The position numbers and the translations under genes were made by a program. Positions 1 to 14,412 of a DNA stretch of 64,000 nt are shown piece after piece. Source of the DNA: Octopus vulgaris (taxonomy: Eukaryota). Position 1 is the stretch's first letter; each line of letters opens with the position of its first letter. Location: contig OX597832.1 in NCBI GenBank assembly GCA_951406725.2, forward strand, positions 16,678,001 to 16,742,000, in the 5' to 3' direction. The notes beneath the pieces are model-generated. The model did no database searches. It saw nothing but the letters and a program-made list of their open reading frames with translations, and was not told the origin of the DNA.

Positions 1-1370
1 TGCAACAGTTCTCACCTGGTATTTATTTTATAGATTAAGTATCTATGAAAAGCAATTTCGACCTCGCGAATATTACCTCAGAGAGTATTCCTGGAAGTAT
101 TTTGTGCAGCTTTATGTGAAGATTTTTCCAGCTCAACTCGCTTATAGTAATGATATTTCTTTCTGATTTTGACACAAAGAACAAGTAATTACTTGACACC
201 TTCGAACACTCTACTTGATAACAAGTAGAGTTAATGAAGGTTAGGTATGAGATAAACACATAAAAAGCCGAATTAAATATCTCTGAGCGTATGGTTCGAC
301 GCGGTAAGATTTGTGCCACTAAGAATGTTACTTCGTAGTAAAGATACAGGGCTAAAATCAGTATGATGAGTATAATTCAAGTACCAGCTTACGGTACGTG
401 TAATTGAAAGCTTGACAAAAATAATAAGGATGATTCACTATTAACCAACAATAATCGAAAAGTAAGGGGCATTTCAAATGCGACATATAAATAGAGGACG
501 TCGATCAACAAAGTGTGGTAATTATATTATATTTCCTACAATGGTGAGATTTATGCAATGGCAATTTCATAATGATGCTCTCTTTCATCACCTATATACA
601 AATACACTGAAAATAGGTGATAAGAAAAAGCAATCTCTCTGAACTTTTCAATCGAAACCAGAGGGCATCTACAATCTCCATAGCTCTATCAATTACTCAT
701 CTCACTTGCCCTCGACATCAAATTTTCTTTATCAACACACCTTTATCGTCATATTACTATGCAAATATTTATCCTTTGCTTTGCATTTTTGGTGTTTGCT
801 TAATGGAAATATATGTAGAGTTGGTATTATGATTGGAATTTTATTTTTAAATTTTCATTCGCGAAACTTATCGCTACAGTTTTATCTTCATATCTTGCTC
901 CAACGAAGTAACCTTTTCGTAATGATTTTAGCTGATCATATTTGCTACCAAACTTCCCTCATCGTGCAATCTACCATCTTAGATATATCAAATTATATTG
1001 TCCTTGCTACAATATAGGAATCGGATAACGAATTCGACACACGAGAAACCTATTCCAGGAAATGTTTGCTCAATGACTAGCATGGATAAAAACAATATTA
1101 AGAGTAAATTACAAACATTTCAATGGCCAATAAAATCTACACTGCGGTTTGATCGTTATTCTGATAAACGCTGTCATTTTGCCGTGGCTTTTCTTGATTC
1201 AGCCATTTGCGATAAGATATTTCTTTAAAATGTCGAGCGCGCACAAAAGATACAGAAGATGTATATTTTATGTTTAGTTTCTAAATGCGCCTAAGTAGAG
1301 GATTACCTCGGCGAACAGATCCTATATTGCAGTATCTAGTCATAGAAATTTCGTAATGTTTAGTTAAGTT

Positions 1371-2584
1371 TGCATGAGGGTTAACTGAAGTGTTCATAGG
1401 TTGACCAAGATAATCTCATGAAATGTGAACAAATGAAGTTTGTTTTCAACATAGTCAACCTTTACGGTTCACGCACTTCATTGACTGATGCTGCAGTTCT
1501 TGGATCCCATTTGTAAAGAGGTCTTTATCCTGTTCGTGAGAAACGTTATTGACTGCCGATCAATTTTATGTCATGTTGGGGAAAGCTGACATCCAGATAG
1601 GGCCAAAACAGTAGAATACGGAAGATGATCAAATAGTTCAAAGCCACAGTCAGTCAGAGCAGCCAAGGAAACCAAGATGTGTTTTCGCGCACTGTCCTTA
1701 TGAAACAAAACCCTTCGTGAGTTTTCCTGAGTATTTACATTTTGTTAGCAATTTGTACCTGCCTCAGTGATTTTGCATAGTACTCTACAATGAATTCGTA
1801 GCCATTTTGAAAGTAATCAAAAAACAATGATTTTTGCACCCTATAAAGCGTGAGGCTATCACATCATTTGCAATGAAAATATTTGGTCCTTCTTTGGAGT
1901 AGGAGAGGATCTTTGTCCCCTGTCCAAACAGATAAAGCAAACACTAATCATGGTTTAGGAAACATTCAACGAAACCAATGTTAGGTTTTGTCACGATGTG
2001 ATCAGCCTGATACCCTTTTAATCACGTGTCCGAAGATATAGTACTATAGCACTCACTGGGCAGAGACGTCCCTCGTACCAAGATCATTGTACAGAATATT
2101 CTCAAATCTTTCGCGTGATATGCTAATGACATACCCTATTTGATTTATGACCTGACATCCATCATCTTGTGGTGAATACAATCAATGTTTTATTAGCTGC
2201 TGGCAGTTACTGGACATCCAGATCTTGAGTCATCTTCAGGACTCTCCCTCCCCCTCCTAAATTCCGTTATTCACTTTTGCACTGTTGATAAATCTGGAGC
2301 GTTATCCTCTAACGTAGCAACCAAATCAGCGCGAATACCCGTACGGTCTAAACTCTTCATTTGCAGGTATTTGATAACAACTGCATGCCACATTTTATCC
2401 AAATTCAAGAGAAGATGGCTACTATTTACTTTTGAAGTATTTGAACAATTACATGACAGTTTACCTGAAGACCAATAATGCAGTTATTAATAAGTATGGT
2501 TGTCATTTATACACGCAAGATTTCACAGCCCTAACATCTCTCCTTCATAGTCAGCCTATGAACATTTCAGCGCACACTAATGTA
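1371..2584 (-). mobile_element. Full-length decayed mariner (Tc1/mariner) DNA transposon
   Basis: TIR cores ctgaagtgttcataggttgac (1385-1405) and gtcagcctatgaacatttcag (2550-2570) match 19/21 as inverted repeats. They enclose a disrupted transposase on the minus strand. Confidence 0.92.
1443..2403 (-). pseudogene. Mariner transposase pseudogene (stops and frameshifts)
   Basis: Manual minus-strand translation gives collinear mariner-like segments: DKMWHAVVIKYLQ...LVATLEDNAPDLSTVQK*ITEFRRGRES...DDSRSGCP (HTH), ISISRERFENILYNDLGTRDVSAQ*V (SARWVP-like), SPTPKK, VLFHKDSARKH (HQDNAPAH-like), FELFDHLPYS (HPPYSPDLAP-like) and terminal DYVE. Confidence 0.88.
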
Positions 2585-3230
2585 TAGCATACACGTTATC
2601 ATTGATTGCATGAAAGACATCCGATCATGTAGAAAAACTATTTATAAGTTAAAATTTCTTTCGCTAATTGTGGCTGTGTGATGACATAACCTCTAGTTCA
2701 AACATGGAAATGACTTAAACGCCGGCAATCAACATATGCTCAACTATCATACAGCAGTGTAACGTATAAAACACAATTCCTTGATCACCTATTGACATGT
2801 AGTCACATAGAAAGCGCAACACAACCTCCTTTACGTTATGACAAGAATAAACAACCATTTAATAAAGTTATTCTAGTATTTTTATAGAAATCACTCGATA
2901 TTTTCTGCGTTTATGTTATATGGTTTTTCCTTCGATCTTACATTTTCAAACACCAGCGACATATTACGATTTTGAATTTTAAAATAGTTATAACAAAGTG
3001 ATTCTTAAGGTATTTCTTTTTGTAAATTTTATGATATTGTTTCAGGTGCTATTAAAATAAAATGAAACAATTTATCATTTTCTCGTTTTATATGGAGGCG
3101 GAAAGCAATAGCGTTCTTAATATACTTTTAGTTGCTTTTTATTTCGATATATTTTCAAATTACTATTTCCAAAAATTCTCTCCCACCCCCTCTTTCTCTT
3201 ATACTTTCTCAACGCATGTGAGTGCATGTG

Positions 3231-3415
3231 TACATATATACATACTTATGTGTATGTATATATGTATATATATAAATATACATATCTATATATACATATA
3301 TATACATATACATACACACACACATATATATATATACCTATATCTACATATATATGAATATGTATATATATACATATACATACATACACACACACGTACA
3401 TATATACATATATCT

Positions 3416-3466
<51 letters not shown>

Positions 3467-3468
3467 CA

Positions 3469-3529
<61 letters not shown>

Positions 3530-3561
3530 ATGTATATATGTATGTATGTATATGTATATAT
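3231..3561. repeat. Compound (TA)n/(CA)n/(TG)n microsatellite
   Basis: Directly visible; source of the poly-IY/TH ORFs. Confidence 0.95.
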
Positions 3562-4084
3562 CCATAAGTGTATGGACGTATTTTTACGCATGTATACATA
3601 ATGTAAATCGCTTAATCTTTTCCCCTCTGTCGATAATATTAAAGCATAGATTGCTCAGTTGCTCGTTGTTAATCTATAAATTGAAAATTTGAAAGCAATG
3701 GCCGCACAATCGTTGACAGGATACATTAATCACGCCACCCAACAATCTAACACGAGCAACAGACATGTCTACCGAGGAACTCTTTATTGGACGATGCCAC
3801 CTCATTAAAATATGTTTGTCCTTTCTATTTGATGCGGATTCGTCATCGTATCAGTATTCCAGATAAATCTCCTTCACTTGATTATAGTTATTCAGAAAGG
3901 CTTTAAGGAGTTATAGATTTCATTGATAACAAAAAACCAAAAAGAAAGGAAATGCATGAAAGCACAAAATTATGTTTCCAGAAAAAAACATTAAAACACA
4001 CACCAAACACAAACAGTCATAAACACACATACTCTCTCTCTCACACACACACGCTCATGTATGTATACACATACACATATACAC

Positions 4085-4118
<34 letters not shown>

Positions 4119-4371
4119 GTGTTATGTGTGTGTGTGTGCGTGTATATATAGATACACACACATGTGTATGTATATATATATATATATGTTTGTGCATGTA
4201 TGTATGTATGTATATATGTATGTGTGTGTGTATGTGTGTATGTATGTACACATATGTATGTATGCATGTATGTATGTATGTATGTGTTTGTATGTATGGA
4301 TGGATATATTGTCAACAGAGTATGCATTTCTATATTCCACAAGGATATTGCCTTTTATTTTTCGTGTTATT

Positions 4372-4400
4372 GGTGGTGGTACTAGTAGCAATGGTAGAAA

Positions 4401-4440
<40 letters not shown>

Positions 4441-4441
4441 T

Positions 4442-4472
<31 letters not shown>

Positions 4473-4489
4473 CAGCAGCATTAGTAGTG

Positions 4490-4520
<31 letters not shown>

Positions 4521-4649
4521 CAGCAGCAGTAGTAGTAGTAGCAGCAGCAGTAGTAGTAGTAGTAGCAGCAGCATTAGTATTGGTAGCAGTAGTAGTTGTA
4601 GCAGCAATAGTAGTAGCAGCAGCGGTGGTGGCGGTGGCGGTAGTAGTAA

Positions 4650-4699
<50 letters not shown>

Positions 4700-4700
4700 T
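4372..4700. repeat. (AGT)n/(AGC)n trinucleotide array
   Basis: Directly visible. Confidence 0.95.
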
Positions 4701-5004
4701 TGGGATTGGCTTCGAATTTTATTTGAAAAATGTTCGAAAAATTCAATGAAAAATTCCAAACATGTGTTGTGTTATTGCTTGATTGGAAGCCATTTGTCAT
4801 CGTGAATTATACACAACATGTTCAACGTGCATGGCGTACTTATTGATAACAAAGGGGCAGATAATCGATATTTTATCCTGAAATCAATCTTTTCACAATA
4901 GAAATAAACGAGGTAGTGAATGCCATATTTTATTTAATTTTCTTTTAATTTTCTACTTTCATTTTTTCTTTAAAGTTCTTTTTTATCCAAAACGTCATAG
5001 TCGT

Positions 5005-5048
5005 TACTACTACTACTACTAATTCTACTGATGCTGCTGCTGCTGCTG

Positions 5049-5104
<56 letters not shown>
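5005..5104. repeat. (ACT)n/(GCT)n trinucleotide array
   Basis: Directly visible; complementary to the array at 4372-4700. Confidence 0.95.
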
Positions 5105-5106
<2 letters not shown>

Positions 5107-6244
5107 GATCATTAAGTGCAATACCTCCTTCTCGACATCATCATCACTATAAACGTCATCAACGATATAAAATTGTTGTTGCAGTTATTGTTGTGTATGT
5201 CGTTTCATGCTGTTAATTTTTGTCGCAACTTGTGACATCTTCGCGAGTTTATATTTTTTGTACTAAATTTGTTGCAGTTCATAATTTTTTTTCATGTGTA
5301 TTTTTTTTATATGTCGCTGCGTGTGCACATTGTTGTAGATGTTTTTGTTTTACTTATTTCTGCAAATAATATTGTTCCTGTTGATGTAAAGAAAAACAAA
5401 AAAAATAGAAGTGCCCTCTCCTTATTTTTATATTAGCGCTTCTAATGTTGCCATAGCTTGTCATTTTCTATATATTTAGCAGCAAGTCTCCTTTGAAACG
5501 GCAATCATATGTTCGTAAACATTCTCACCATGAATTTCACGTTCAGCTCTTAAATATTGCTTATGAGGAAGAAATTACCGCAAATACTTTTTTCTTCCTG
5601 TAGACTATATATTTTTATAGGGCGACGAATCATGTAGAATATTGTTTTTCATTTACTCTGAGAGCAGTTACAGACGATCTTACAATATTTGATTATCACT
5701 TTGCTTTTTGATATTCATATGGCAGCCAGAAATTGGGAAAGCAGCACAAGAGGTTCAAATCTAAAGGGTGATTTAGAATTTTAGGCAAGCATTGTGTACC
5801 CGAAATTGAGGAGTTTCTTGCACAGCAACTTAGACCAATGGATAATGCTTCAGGATGTTTCTGATTCGGCCGTTTTCACCAACACAATAGAATCGGGGGA
5901 AAATGTCGGCAATCCCAAGTAGTAAATAATATCGTAAATTAGTGCCGGTCATTGCTAGGGAACTTCAAGTAAGATTAAATGGATTCGAGTATATAAGGAT
6001 CATGCCTTTCATAGCAATTCAGAAATTCCAAAAGAAATGTAGGGAACGGAGGAATCCGCAGCATATAATATTGTCCTTGTTATCAAAGCATTTCCCTCTG
6101 AACGTTTACGACAAATAATTGAATGATTCAGAGGGGAAGCGGTTCAAAACTATTCATCATGATTATGCAAGCAGAAGAAGATCAAACGAATTTCTTCCCA
6201 ATATTAAGCGAGTTAATACAGATCTGCATTCTTGTACAGAATAA

Positions 6245-6642
6245 GGCTTAAGAGAGGCTGTGTGGTAAGTAGCTTGCTTATCAACCACATGGTTCCGGGT
6301 TCAGTCCCACTGCGTGGCATTTTGGGCGAGTGTCTTCTAATGTAGCTTCAGGCCGACCAAAGCCTTGGGAGTGGATTTGGTAAACGGAAACCGAAAGAAG
6401 CCCGTCGTATATATGTATATAAATATGTGTGTGTCTGTTTGGGTGTCTGAGTTTGTCCCCCTAATATCGCTTGACAACCGATGCTGGTGTGTTTACGTCC
6501 CCGTAACTTAGCGGTTCGACAACATAGACCGATAGAATCAATACTAGACTTACAAAGAATAAGTCCTGGTGTAGATTTGCTCGACTAAAGGCGGTGCTCC
6601 AGCATGGCCACAGTCAAATAACTGAAACAAGTAAAATAGAGT
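6245..6642 (+). mobile_element. tRNA-derived SINE, family 1 (full length)
   Basis: Pol III A-box-like GGCTGTGTGG and B-box-like GGTTCAGTCCC, internal (TA)(TG) tract, tail ...actgaaacaagtaaaatagag. Near-identical to copies at 28064, 37879, 40775, 51907, 61183 and 62398. Confidence 0.9.
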
Positions 6643-6980
6643 TACCAGCTTCATTATAATATGCACATAAGTGTCCTATAATAAGCTGGGAGGAAGTGTA
6701 CAGTTTATACTCCAGATATCGATTTCACTCTGTCCTCGGCCATTTACAGACCAAGACCAAGATTGTTCAGTCAAATCTTCGGAAGGATATGCTTTGCTGC
6801 CAACAGCCAACAAAAGAACATTCTATTGTGTGTATTAATACTAAGTTGCGAAATACCATTCATTAACATACAGATGTTCCTTATAGTTCCTTTTATACCG
6901 TGCCTCCAAAGGAGATATCGGAATGCAGACTGATATTCGTCAATGTCTAACTTCCCACGCAGCAATAACAAGTTAATAAC

Positions 6981-7212
6981 TACAATTACATAACTGTGAC
7001 TTTTTTTCACCTATTAATTAATACTTTCTTCTTAAATGATGAACTTTCATTAATTTTATTACACAATGTTCTATCACCTATAGCATTTTTCAATAATGTA
7101 TTATTGATAATTTTATTTAATTAAATTGTTTCATGTATTCAGTTCTTCTGGTAATATATCATTTGTCATATGATAAGTAACGGATATTTATATATTTCAT
7201 TAATTTTATCTT
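6981..7212 (+). repeat. ~230-bp direct duplication, copy 1
   Basis: Aligns end to end with 7739-7974 (tacaattacataa...cacctattaattaatact...ttcattaattttatctt). Confidence 0.92.
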
Positions 7213-7738
7213 ATTAACTGAATTAGATTTAGAGAACTTCACTTCAGGTTCCGTTTTGAATAAGTAGAGTCGAAAGGTAAATATCAGTTTACGATGTTGA
7301 TAACTTGTCTGCAGTAAGTACAATGCTTTAATTTAAAATCAGATGTTATTTATTTCAATTAATTCTGAAATTTCTTTGACTGCTTTTCGGGAAATCGGTA
7401 TTGGAGTTATGTTTGAACCAACGCAACTTCATTCTGGTTTACAGTTATTCGCCTAAATCTAGTACTGAATGTCGTTCGGTTATTTTTTTTTAATTCACGG
7501 GTCAGCACTGATATTTTATGTTTTATTCTTTATTTATGTAACTCGCTAATCAACGGTCTTACTGGAGCACAAACTTGAATAGTTCAGTCCAACGAATTGA
7601 TCTCTGTACCAATTTATTTTTTACGCCTGTTACCTATTCTGCTGGGATCTTTTTGCCGAATTGTTAGGTTAACGGAATGTAAACAAACCGACATCGGTTG
7701 TAGAGAGGTAGTGGGCAAATTTTTATCAGGGTTAGGGT

Positions 7739-7974
7739 TACAATTACATAAATGTGGCTTTTTTTTCACCTATTAATTAATACTTAGTTCTTCTTAAATG
7801 ATGAACTTTCATTAATTTTGTTACAAAATGTCCTATCACCTATAGCATTTTTTAATAATGTATTATTGATAATTTTATTTAATCAATTTTTTTTATGTTA
7901 TCAATTCTTCTGGTAATATATCATTTCTCTTATGATAAGTAACAGATATATATATATTTCATTAATTTTATCTT
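7739..7974 (+). repeat. ~230-bp direct duplication, copy 2, lying inside a decayed SINE
   Basis: Matches 6981-7212. Flanked by the 3' half (~7555-7716) and 5' half (~8030-8162) of a degenerate minus-strand family-1 SINE. Confidence 0.88.
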
Positions 7975-9434
7975 TTCCCATAGTGACGTGCCGACCAAAT
8001 ATGTGTAAATGATTGGTAGATGAAAACACAATGAGCTTCTTAATATTTTCTTATACCAAATTCATTCACACAGCTTCGGTCGTTACGATGCTATGGGAAA
8101 AGACAGTTGCCGAAGGTGCCTCGCAATAGGACTGAAACCGGATACAAACTTCTTACCACACTTTCATGTTATAAATACATGCATAGATATTTATTTTATA
8201 TACAATTTATCATCTTACTGGTGGACTTCAATTAAACTTCATTTTCGTTTATTGTCGTAATGCACACCGTCATTGCATTGTACGTCTGTTCTGTATTTCA
8301 ATATTGTGGAAGATTTTAAAATGTATTTCGAAAATATATATTAAGCTGCCCCCTCCCAAGACGCTTATAATTTTCTGATAAACGTTTTTTGGTAAAAAAT
8401 CATAGAACATTCTGAATATATATCTAGTTGGCGCTGGATGATGAATATGTAAGGGGCTGCTTTTCTGACGCTGAGAATATAGCCCAGCTGCCTCAACCTT
8501 CAACCTGTTTTGGTAACAAAACGCTTTGGTACTGCAGACAAGCAAACACACAGACACACACGCACACATACACACACATGCACACATATGCACATACACG
8601 CTGACATACATGCACACACACTCACGCACATTTCTGTACACGCGTGCAGATTTGCATAAAATTATAGGTATTGTAATGAGAGAGGAGGTAAAGATAGAGA
8701 GATACAGTGAGAGAGAGATACGGTGCAATTTACTGACTGAACATGATTAGGGTAAGAATATTTCGTCACCTGTTACGAATAAAGGAACAGATGCTCAGAC
8801 ATATAAACAGACAGAAAGAGAAACAGGGAAGGAGAGAACGAGGGAAACAGTGATAACTTCAAGGTCAAATAAGTCACCTTCCTACGAGAGACGACAAATA
8901 GGCTGCGACAAAAGTTCTATACCTTCTCAAATATTGCAGTTTTGGTTTAAAATGATATAAAAAACAATTTTCCCGCAATATACACGTACAAAATAAATGT
9001 AATATCGTTTAAGAAATATATGTATAATATCAAAATCACAATTTTCTTCTTATTTTCATCTCTGTAATACGTTATATGTTTATTCGTTTTATTTGTTCAA
9101 ATTGATAGACTTTTTGTGCTTATATGTACATAATTGTCATATAAATTCTTGTACACATCGTAAATCTATAAAAGTTACTACGGAAGAGTAAACATTGGTA
9201 TTTTTGCTGTCACTTCAATCCAGACGCGAGCACTTTATTTTTATGAACTATGGTAATATATTGTTGTTTCCCAGAAAACAGATTTTTTTCTCTGCCAGAG
9301 TGATAATATATCATTATGGCGATTCATTCTTATTTTTTTTCTTGATACCATGTTATTAAGCACATACACAAGCATATATATGAGATTTTGTGTACGTGTG
9401 TGTCAGCGGGCGCACAGTTGTGCGTATATATATA

Positions 9435-9580
<146 letters not shown>

Positions 9581-9890
9581 AAATCTCTGAGCGAGGTATA
9601 CACAGTAGCTGCATAACATCGTGAAGTATATTTACCACTTAAATTTGGCTAAACATTAAGGGTGGATGTTACTGTAGCTTGTGGACCCAGGAGGACACCT
9701 CCAGCATGCTATTGGCACACTTTCTGTGCCCTATCAGTATTTGCAAAAGGAGGTCATACCCGGGTTTCTGGGTATTGACCCGTCATTGGCGCTTGTCGGT
9801 CACCGGTTATCGATGTGAAGAGCTATACCGATGCAAAAACATATTTCCTTTTTACACTGACGAGAAGTGGCAAATATACTCCACGATCTC

Positions 9891-9976
<86 letters not shown>

Positions 9977-9977
<1 letters not shown>

Positions 9978-10460
9978 TAGCAGTATCGCACGGCGTGGCT
10001 CGGGTTTGTAAGGGAAATATCTATATAAGCATTTTTAGAGAGTTACTTCCCTTATAGATGCCAATTCGGGCTTTCTTAGCCATTTCTGTTTTGGTGTCTT
10101 CAAGCCATGAAGTCGTTGTTCTAAAAGAACGCTGGTCTTGACAACGCTTTACGATGTCGATTTCCTTACACTCCCTTCCCCACAGCTTCACGAGGGAGGG
10201 AAGAAGGGGGAGAACACAGGTGCAGGTGTGACCATGGACGCCAACTCTGCCGCCATCGACACACGAAAAATTGTGCATTAAAATGGAAGAAAAAATGATG
10301 TTAAATTATTTTAAAAATCGTAGACACATCGTAGACGCGCGCTAATACTCAGACGGGCTCGATATTAATCACGACTATAAGATACCCGAATTTGGTTAAA
10401 CTGCACCGCAAAATGTGGGTGTAGTTAGGAATCTAAATCGAAGGGGACAGACACTCACAC

Positions 10461-10470
<10 letters not shown>
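9977..10470 (-). mobile_element. Non-autonomous Helitron, copy A
   Basis: On the minus strand it ends in a GC-rich hairpin followed by ...atactgCTAG|T (CTAG at 9977-9980). It is the reverse complement of copy B; its 5' end merges into (TA)n. Confidence 0.82.
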
Positions 10471-10520
<50 letters not shown>

Positions 10521-10563
10521 TGTATGTGTGTGTGTAAAAAATACTGAGGCTCACGTATATATA

Positions 10564-11080
10564 TCTATATATATAAAAATCTAGTTGTGTGAGTGTCTGT
10601 CCCCTTCGATTTAGATTCCTAACTCCTCCCACATTTTGCGGTGCAGTTTAACCAAATTCGGGTATCTTATAGTCGTGATTAATATCGAGCCCGTCTGGCT
10701 ATTAGCGCGCGTCTACGATGAGTCTACGATTTTAAAAATAATTTAACATCATTTTTTATTCCATTTTAATGCATAATTTTTCGTGTGTCGATGGCGGCGG
10801 AGTTGGCGTCCACGCTCAAACACCTGCACCTGTGTTTACTTCTTCCCCTTCTTCCCACCCTCGTGAAGCTGTGGGGAAGGGAGTGTAAGGAAATCAACGC
10901 CGTAAAGCATTGTCAAGGAGACCAGCGTTCTTTTAGAACAACGACTTCATGGCTTGAAGACACCAAAATAGAAATGGCTAAGAAAGCCCGAATTGGCATC
11001 TATAAGGGAAGTAACTCTCTAAAAATGCTTATATAGTTATTTCCCTTACAAACCCGAGCAACGCCGGGCGATACTGCTAG
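10564..11080 (+). mobile_element. Non-autonomous Helitron, copy B
   Basis: 5' A|TCtatatatataaaa; 3' hairpin cccgagcaacgccggg then cgatactgCTAG|T. No TIR or TSD, inserted between A and T, i.e. canonical Helitron termini. Extra subterminal stem aagggaagtaact...agttatttccctt. Confidence 0.86.
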
Positions 11081-11790
11081 TTTATATATATATATATTAT
11101 ATGAAGACATATTACTGTATATCAGTATATTTATGTCTATAATAACATTTTAACCTCAACCTCCGGGAGAGGCGACATTCTATTATATCAAATGTACCAC
11201 TTACTGTCAATTGTGGTATACAACTAGAAAAATTAAGACAATTTAACCTCAATGTGATTCGGAATTATGCGTAACGCGAAATTATATGGCATTAACGCCA
11301 TGTCTAAAAGTAATTATTCTCTTCATGCAATTATATTTTCTTGCATGTGCACTACAAGTTGAGCAAATATCTATAATTGGTGTATGTTGTAAGCTTCGAC
11401 ATAATTGTTGGATTGAGAAGCGAGGTTTCATCAATAAAACTGAAACAAATTTTAATATTCCACAAAGCATTTTCTGACCCCACACCACATACATATCTAT
11501 GCATACAAACACCGAAATTAGAATGAGAAAGTACTAATTTGAACACGGTGAAATTTGAATTTAGGGCGTAACCATGTTGATTGTTGAGCTAATTGTCCTC
11601 ACCTCATGTGTTAAAATTCATAGCTCAATATATCTTCTTGCGACCACTGTCAAAATATTTTTGAGAATTCTGCTATAATTATTGTGAAATTCATCATGTT
11701 TGTTTTCTATTGTTACTAACAACGGTGTGTGATATGTAAAGGATTTACTGTTCTAATGGCATCAAGTATAAAAAGAAAACATATTTGATA

Positions 11791-12012
11791 TAGAAGAAGA
11801 AGGAGACGAAGAAGAAGGAGAAGAAGAAGAAGAAGAAGAAGAAGAAGAAGAAGAAGAAGAAGAAGAAGAAGATGGGAAAGAAGAACGGAAGAAGAAGAAA
11901 GAGAGGAGATAGAAGAAGAGGAAGGGGAAGAAGACGAGGAAGAAGAAGAAAAGGTAGAACAACAGGAGGAGGAGGAAGTAGAACAAGAGGAGGAGGAAGA
12001 AGAACAACAGGA
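11791..12012. repeat. (GAA)n/(GGA)n polypurine tract
   Basis: Directly visible. Confidence 0.95.
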
Positions 12013-12814
12013 GCGGGGGACAATGAAATGAGAAGGGACTGTGGGCATTAAGCTACAGTTGTGGACAGGGAAAGCCCACTCTGGACAGATGAAAGTCAAA
12101 TTTATATTTCTTGTGATTTAAATTATAAAGAGTAGGATCAAATACGAGACGTCGAACTAAAAGAATTACTTTAAGAAACTCGAGTATTGATTATCATTAG
12201 ACACATGATTAGCAGTTTCGTTGAGTAACTTGGTACATTAAATCGACACCTGCAGTTCGCTAGTACAATATTATAGTCTGCGGGTCTTTGAGAAAAACAG
12301 TTGACATCGGATCTGCAACAAATTATATTTACGTATATTATTGTTCTTCAACCGATAAAAATGTAGATAATTGTCCTATCCTGGAACATAAAATATAAAC
12401 GGTGGTAAATAAGTCACGCCATTTTACACAAGCCGTAACGCTCTTACAATACATCGACTCTATGCAAGCCAATTCATATCCTTATTTGGAAGTCGGGCAG
12501 CAGATTTTAGCATTTCCCGCTTACAAAGAGGGGCATGTTCTTATGGAGGAAATTGTTTAAATAGGTGGATACGGTTGATTTAATTCCATTCTGTTTTATA
12601 TTTACTATATCGATCAGAGAACGAAGAAAGTTTGACATGACAGCATTTTATTTCAGGAAGGAAAAACACTTCACAAACTCTCAAAGTCACCGTTTTAAGT
12701 ACTGTCGAAATAATACCAAACACTGTATATTTTCTAATGGTTCCCCACGCAGGGAAATACAGTTCAAATTTTTATCGTCGTATTATGTAAACTTCTGGCT
12801 AAAGACTGGTATAT

Positions 12815-13252
<438 letters not shown>

Positions 13253-13940
13253 TATTTGTGTTGGAAAACTCAAAAGAATAAGAAAGAAAATATTAAGGAC
13301 GAAATTTGTATCATTATCGGAAATGATACCGAAATAAATTAGGGAATAAATTTTGACCGTCAAGCAGTAAATTTCAGGATGCAACAGTCTCCATTTCTGA
13401 AGTAAAGACAATGCTAGGGATTCTAACGGAGTAAATATTCTATTAAATCGTCTCCAGTTCACACCCAGTACACTGTTTTCGTTACATCTGAAAGAGAAGA
13501 ATCAAAGTTGATCGTTGAATGGTTAAAACAACGAAAGCAAAGAAACGTAAATACTTATCCAACTGAATGTTTCTTACTGCATGAATATTTCTGTCAATGT
13601 AACAAGAAGGAATCTTTAGGATACATATTAATATTTTCTTCTTAAATAATATATAAGCATTACAACTTGAATTTTGAAACAAGACGTCAAAATATATAAA
13701 CAAAATCTAAAAAGCGAAAATCACAAAGAAGGCCAGTGAAAGAAAAGGAAACTGAAAGAATGAAACTGACATATACTGGAATATGAGCAGCAGCTTCAGA
13801 TGAAGCGGAAAGAGAGAGGGAGAGTGGGAGAGAGAGAAAGACTGAATGAGACAGAAACGAAGACGGAGCGACAAAGACGATGCTAATATACATCTGGCAT
13901 TCAAATACAGAGAATAGAACTTCATAGAGATGAACGTATA

Positions 13941-14005
<65 letters not shown>

Positions 14006-14057
14006 TACTCATATATACATTAATATATATGCATACATACATACATATATATAGACA

Positions 14058-14090
<33 letters not shown>

Positions 14091-14204
14091 TCATATATAT
14101 AATATACATTATTGTCATTGTTATTTTTACTATATATATATATATATATATGCATATACATACATATATATATATGTATGTATATACATATATATATATA
14201 CATG

Positions 14205-14263
<59 letters not shown>

Positions 14264-14308
14264 GTATGTATATACATACATATATATATGTATATGTATA
14301 TGTTTATG

Positions 14309-14412
14309 TATAGGCTACAGTAACACAGTTTGTGGTGCTGTGATGCAGGAAACAAGAAATGGTAAAACAAGGAAGCGGAAATATATTTTATCGGCAGATT
14401 GCCAATGTCGCA
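14309..14412 (+). repeat. Duplicated ~95-100-bp unique block, copy 1
   Basis: taggcta.agtaaca...aagaaatggtaaaacaaggaagcggaaatatattttatcggcagattgccaatgtc, repeated at 15596-15690. Confidence 0.9.

Noticed and set aside
3062-4800. Long ORFs rich in IY/TH/CV, poly-S, poly-V, poly-T and poly-L (also at 9.4, 14, 15.4, 23.6, 24.7, 42.5 and 47.2 kb)
   Set aside because: They are translations of di- and trinucleotide microsatellites that lack stop codons in several frames at once, with no domain content.
7727-7740. Interstitial telomeric TTAGGG
   Set aside because: Only about two units; too short to call.
10021-11036. Duplicated 83-85-aa ORFs (LVKLWGRECKEI...) as a gene pair
   Set aside because: Both lie within the two non-autonomous Helitron copies, have non-ATG starts, and their N-termini differ by indels.
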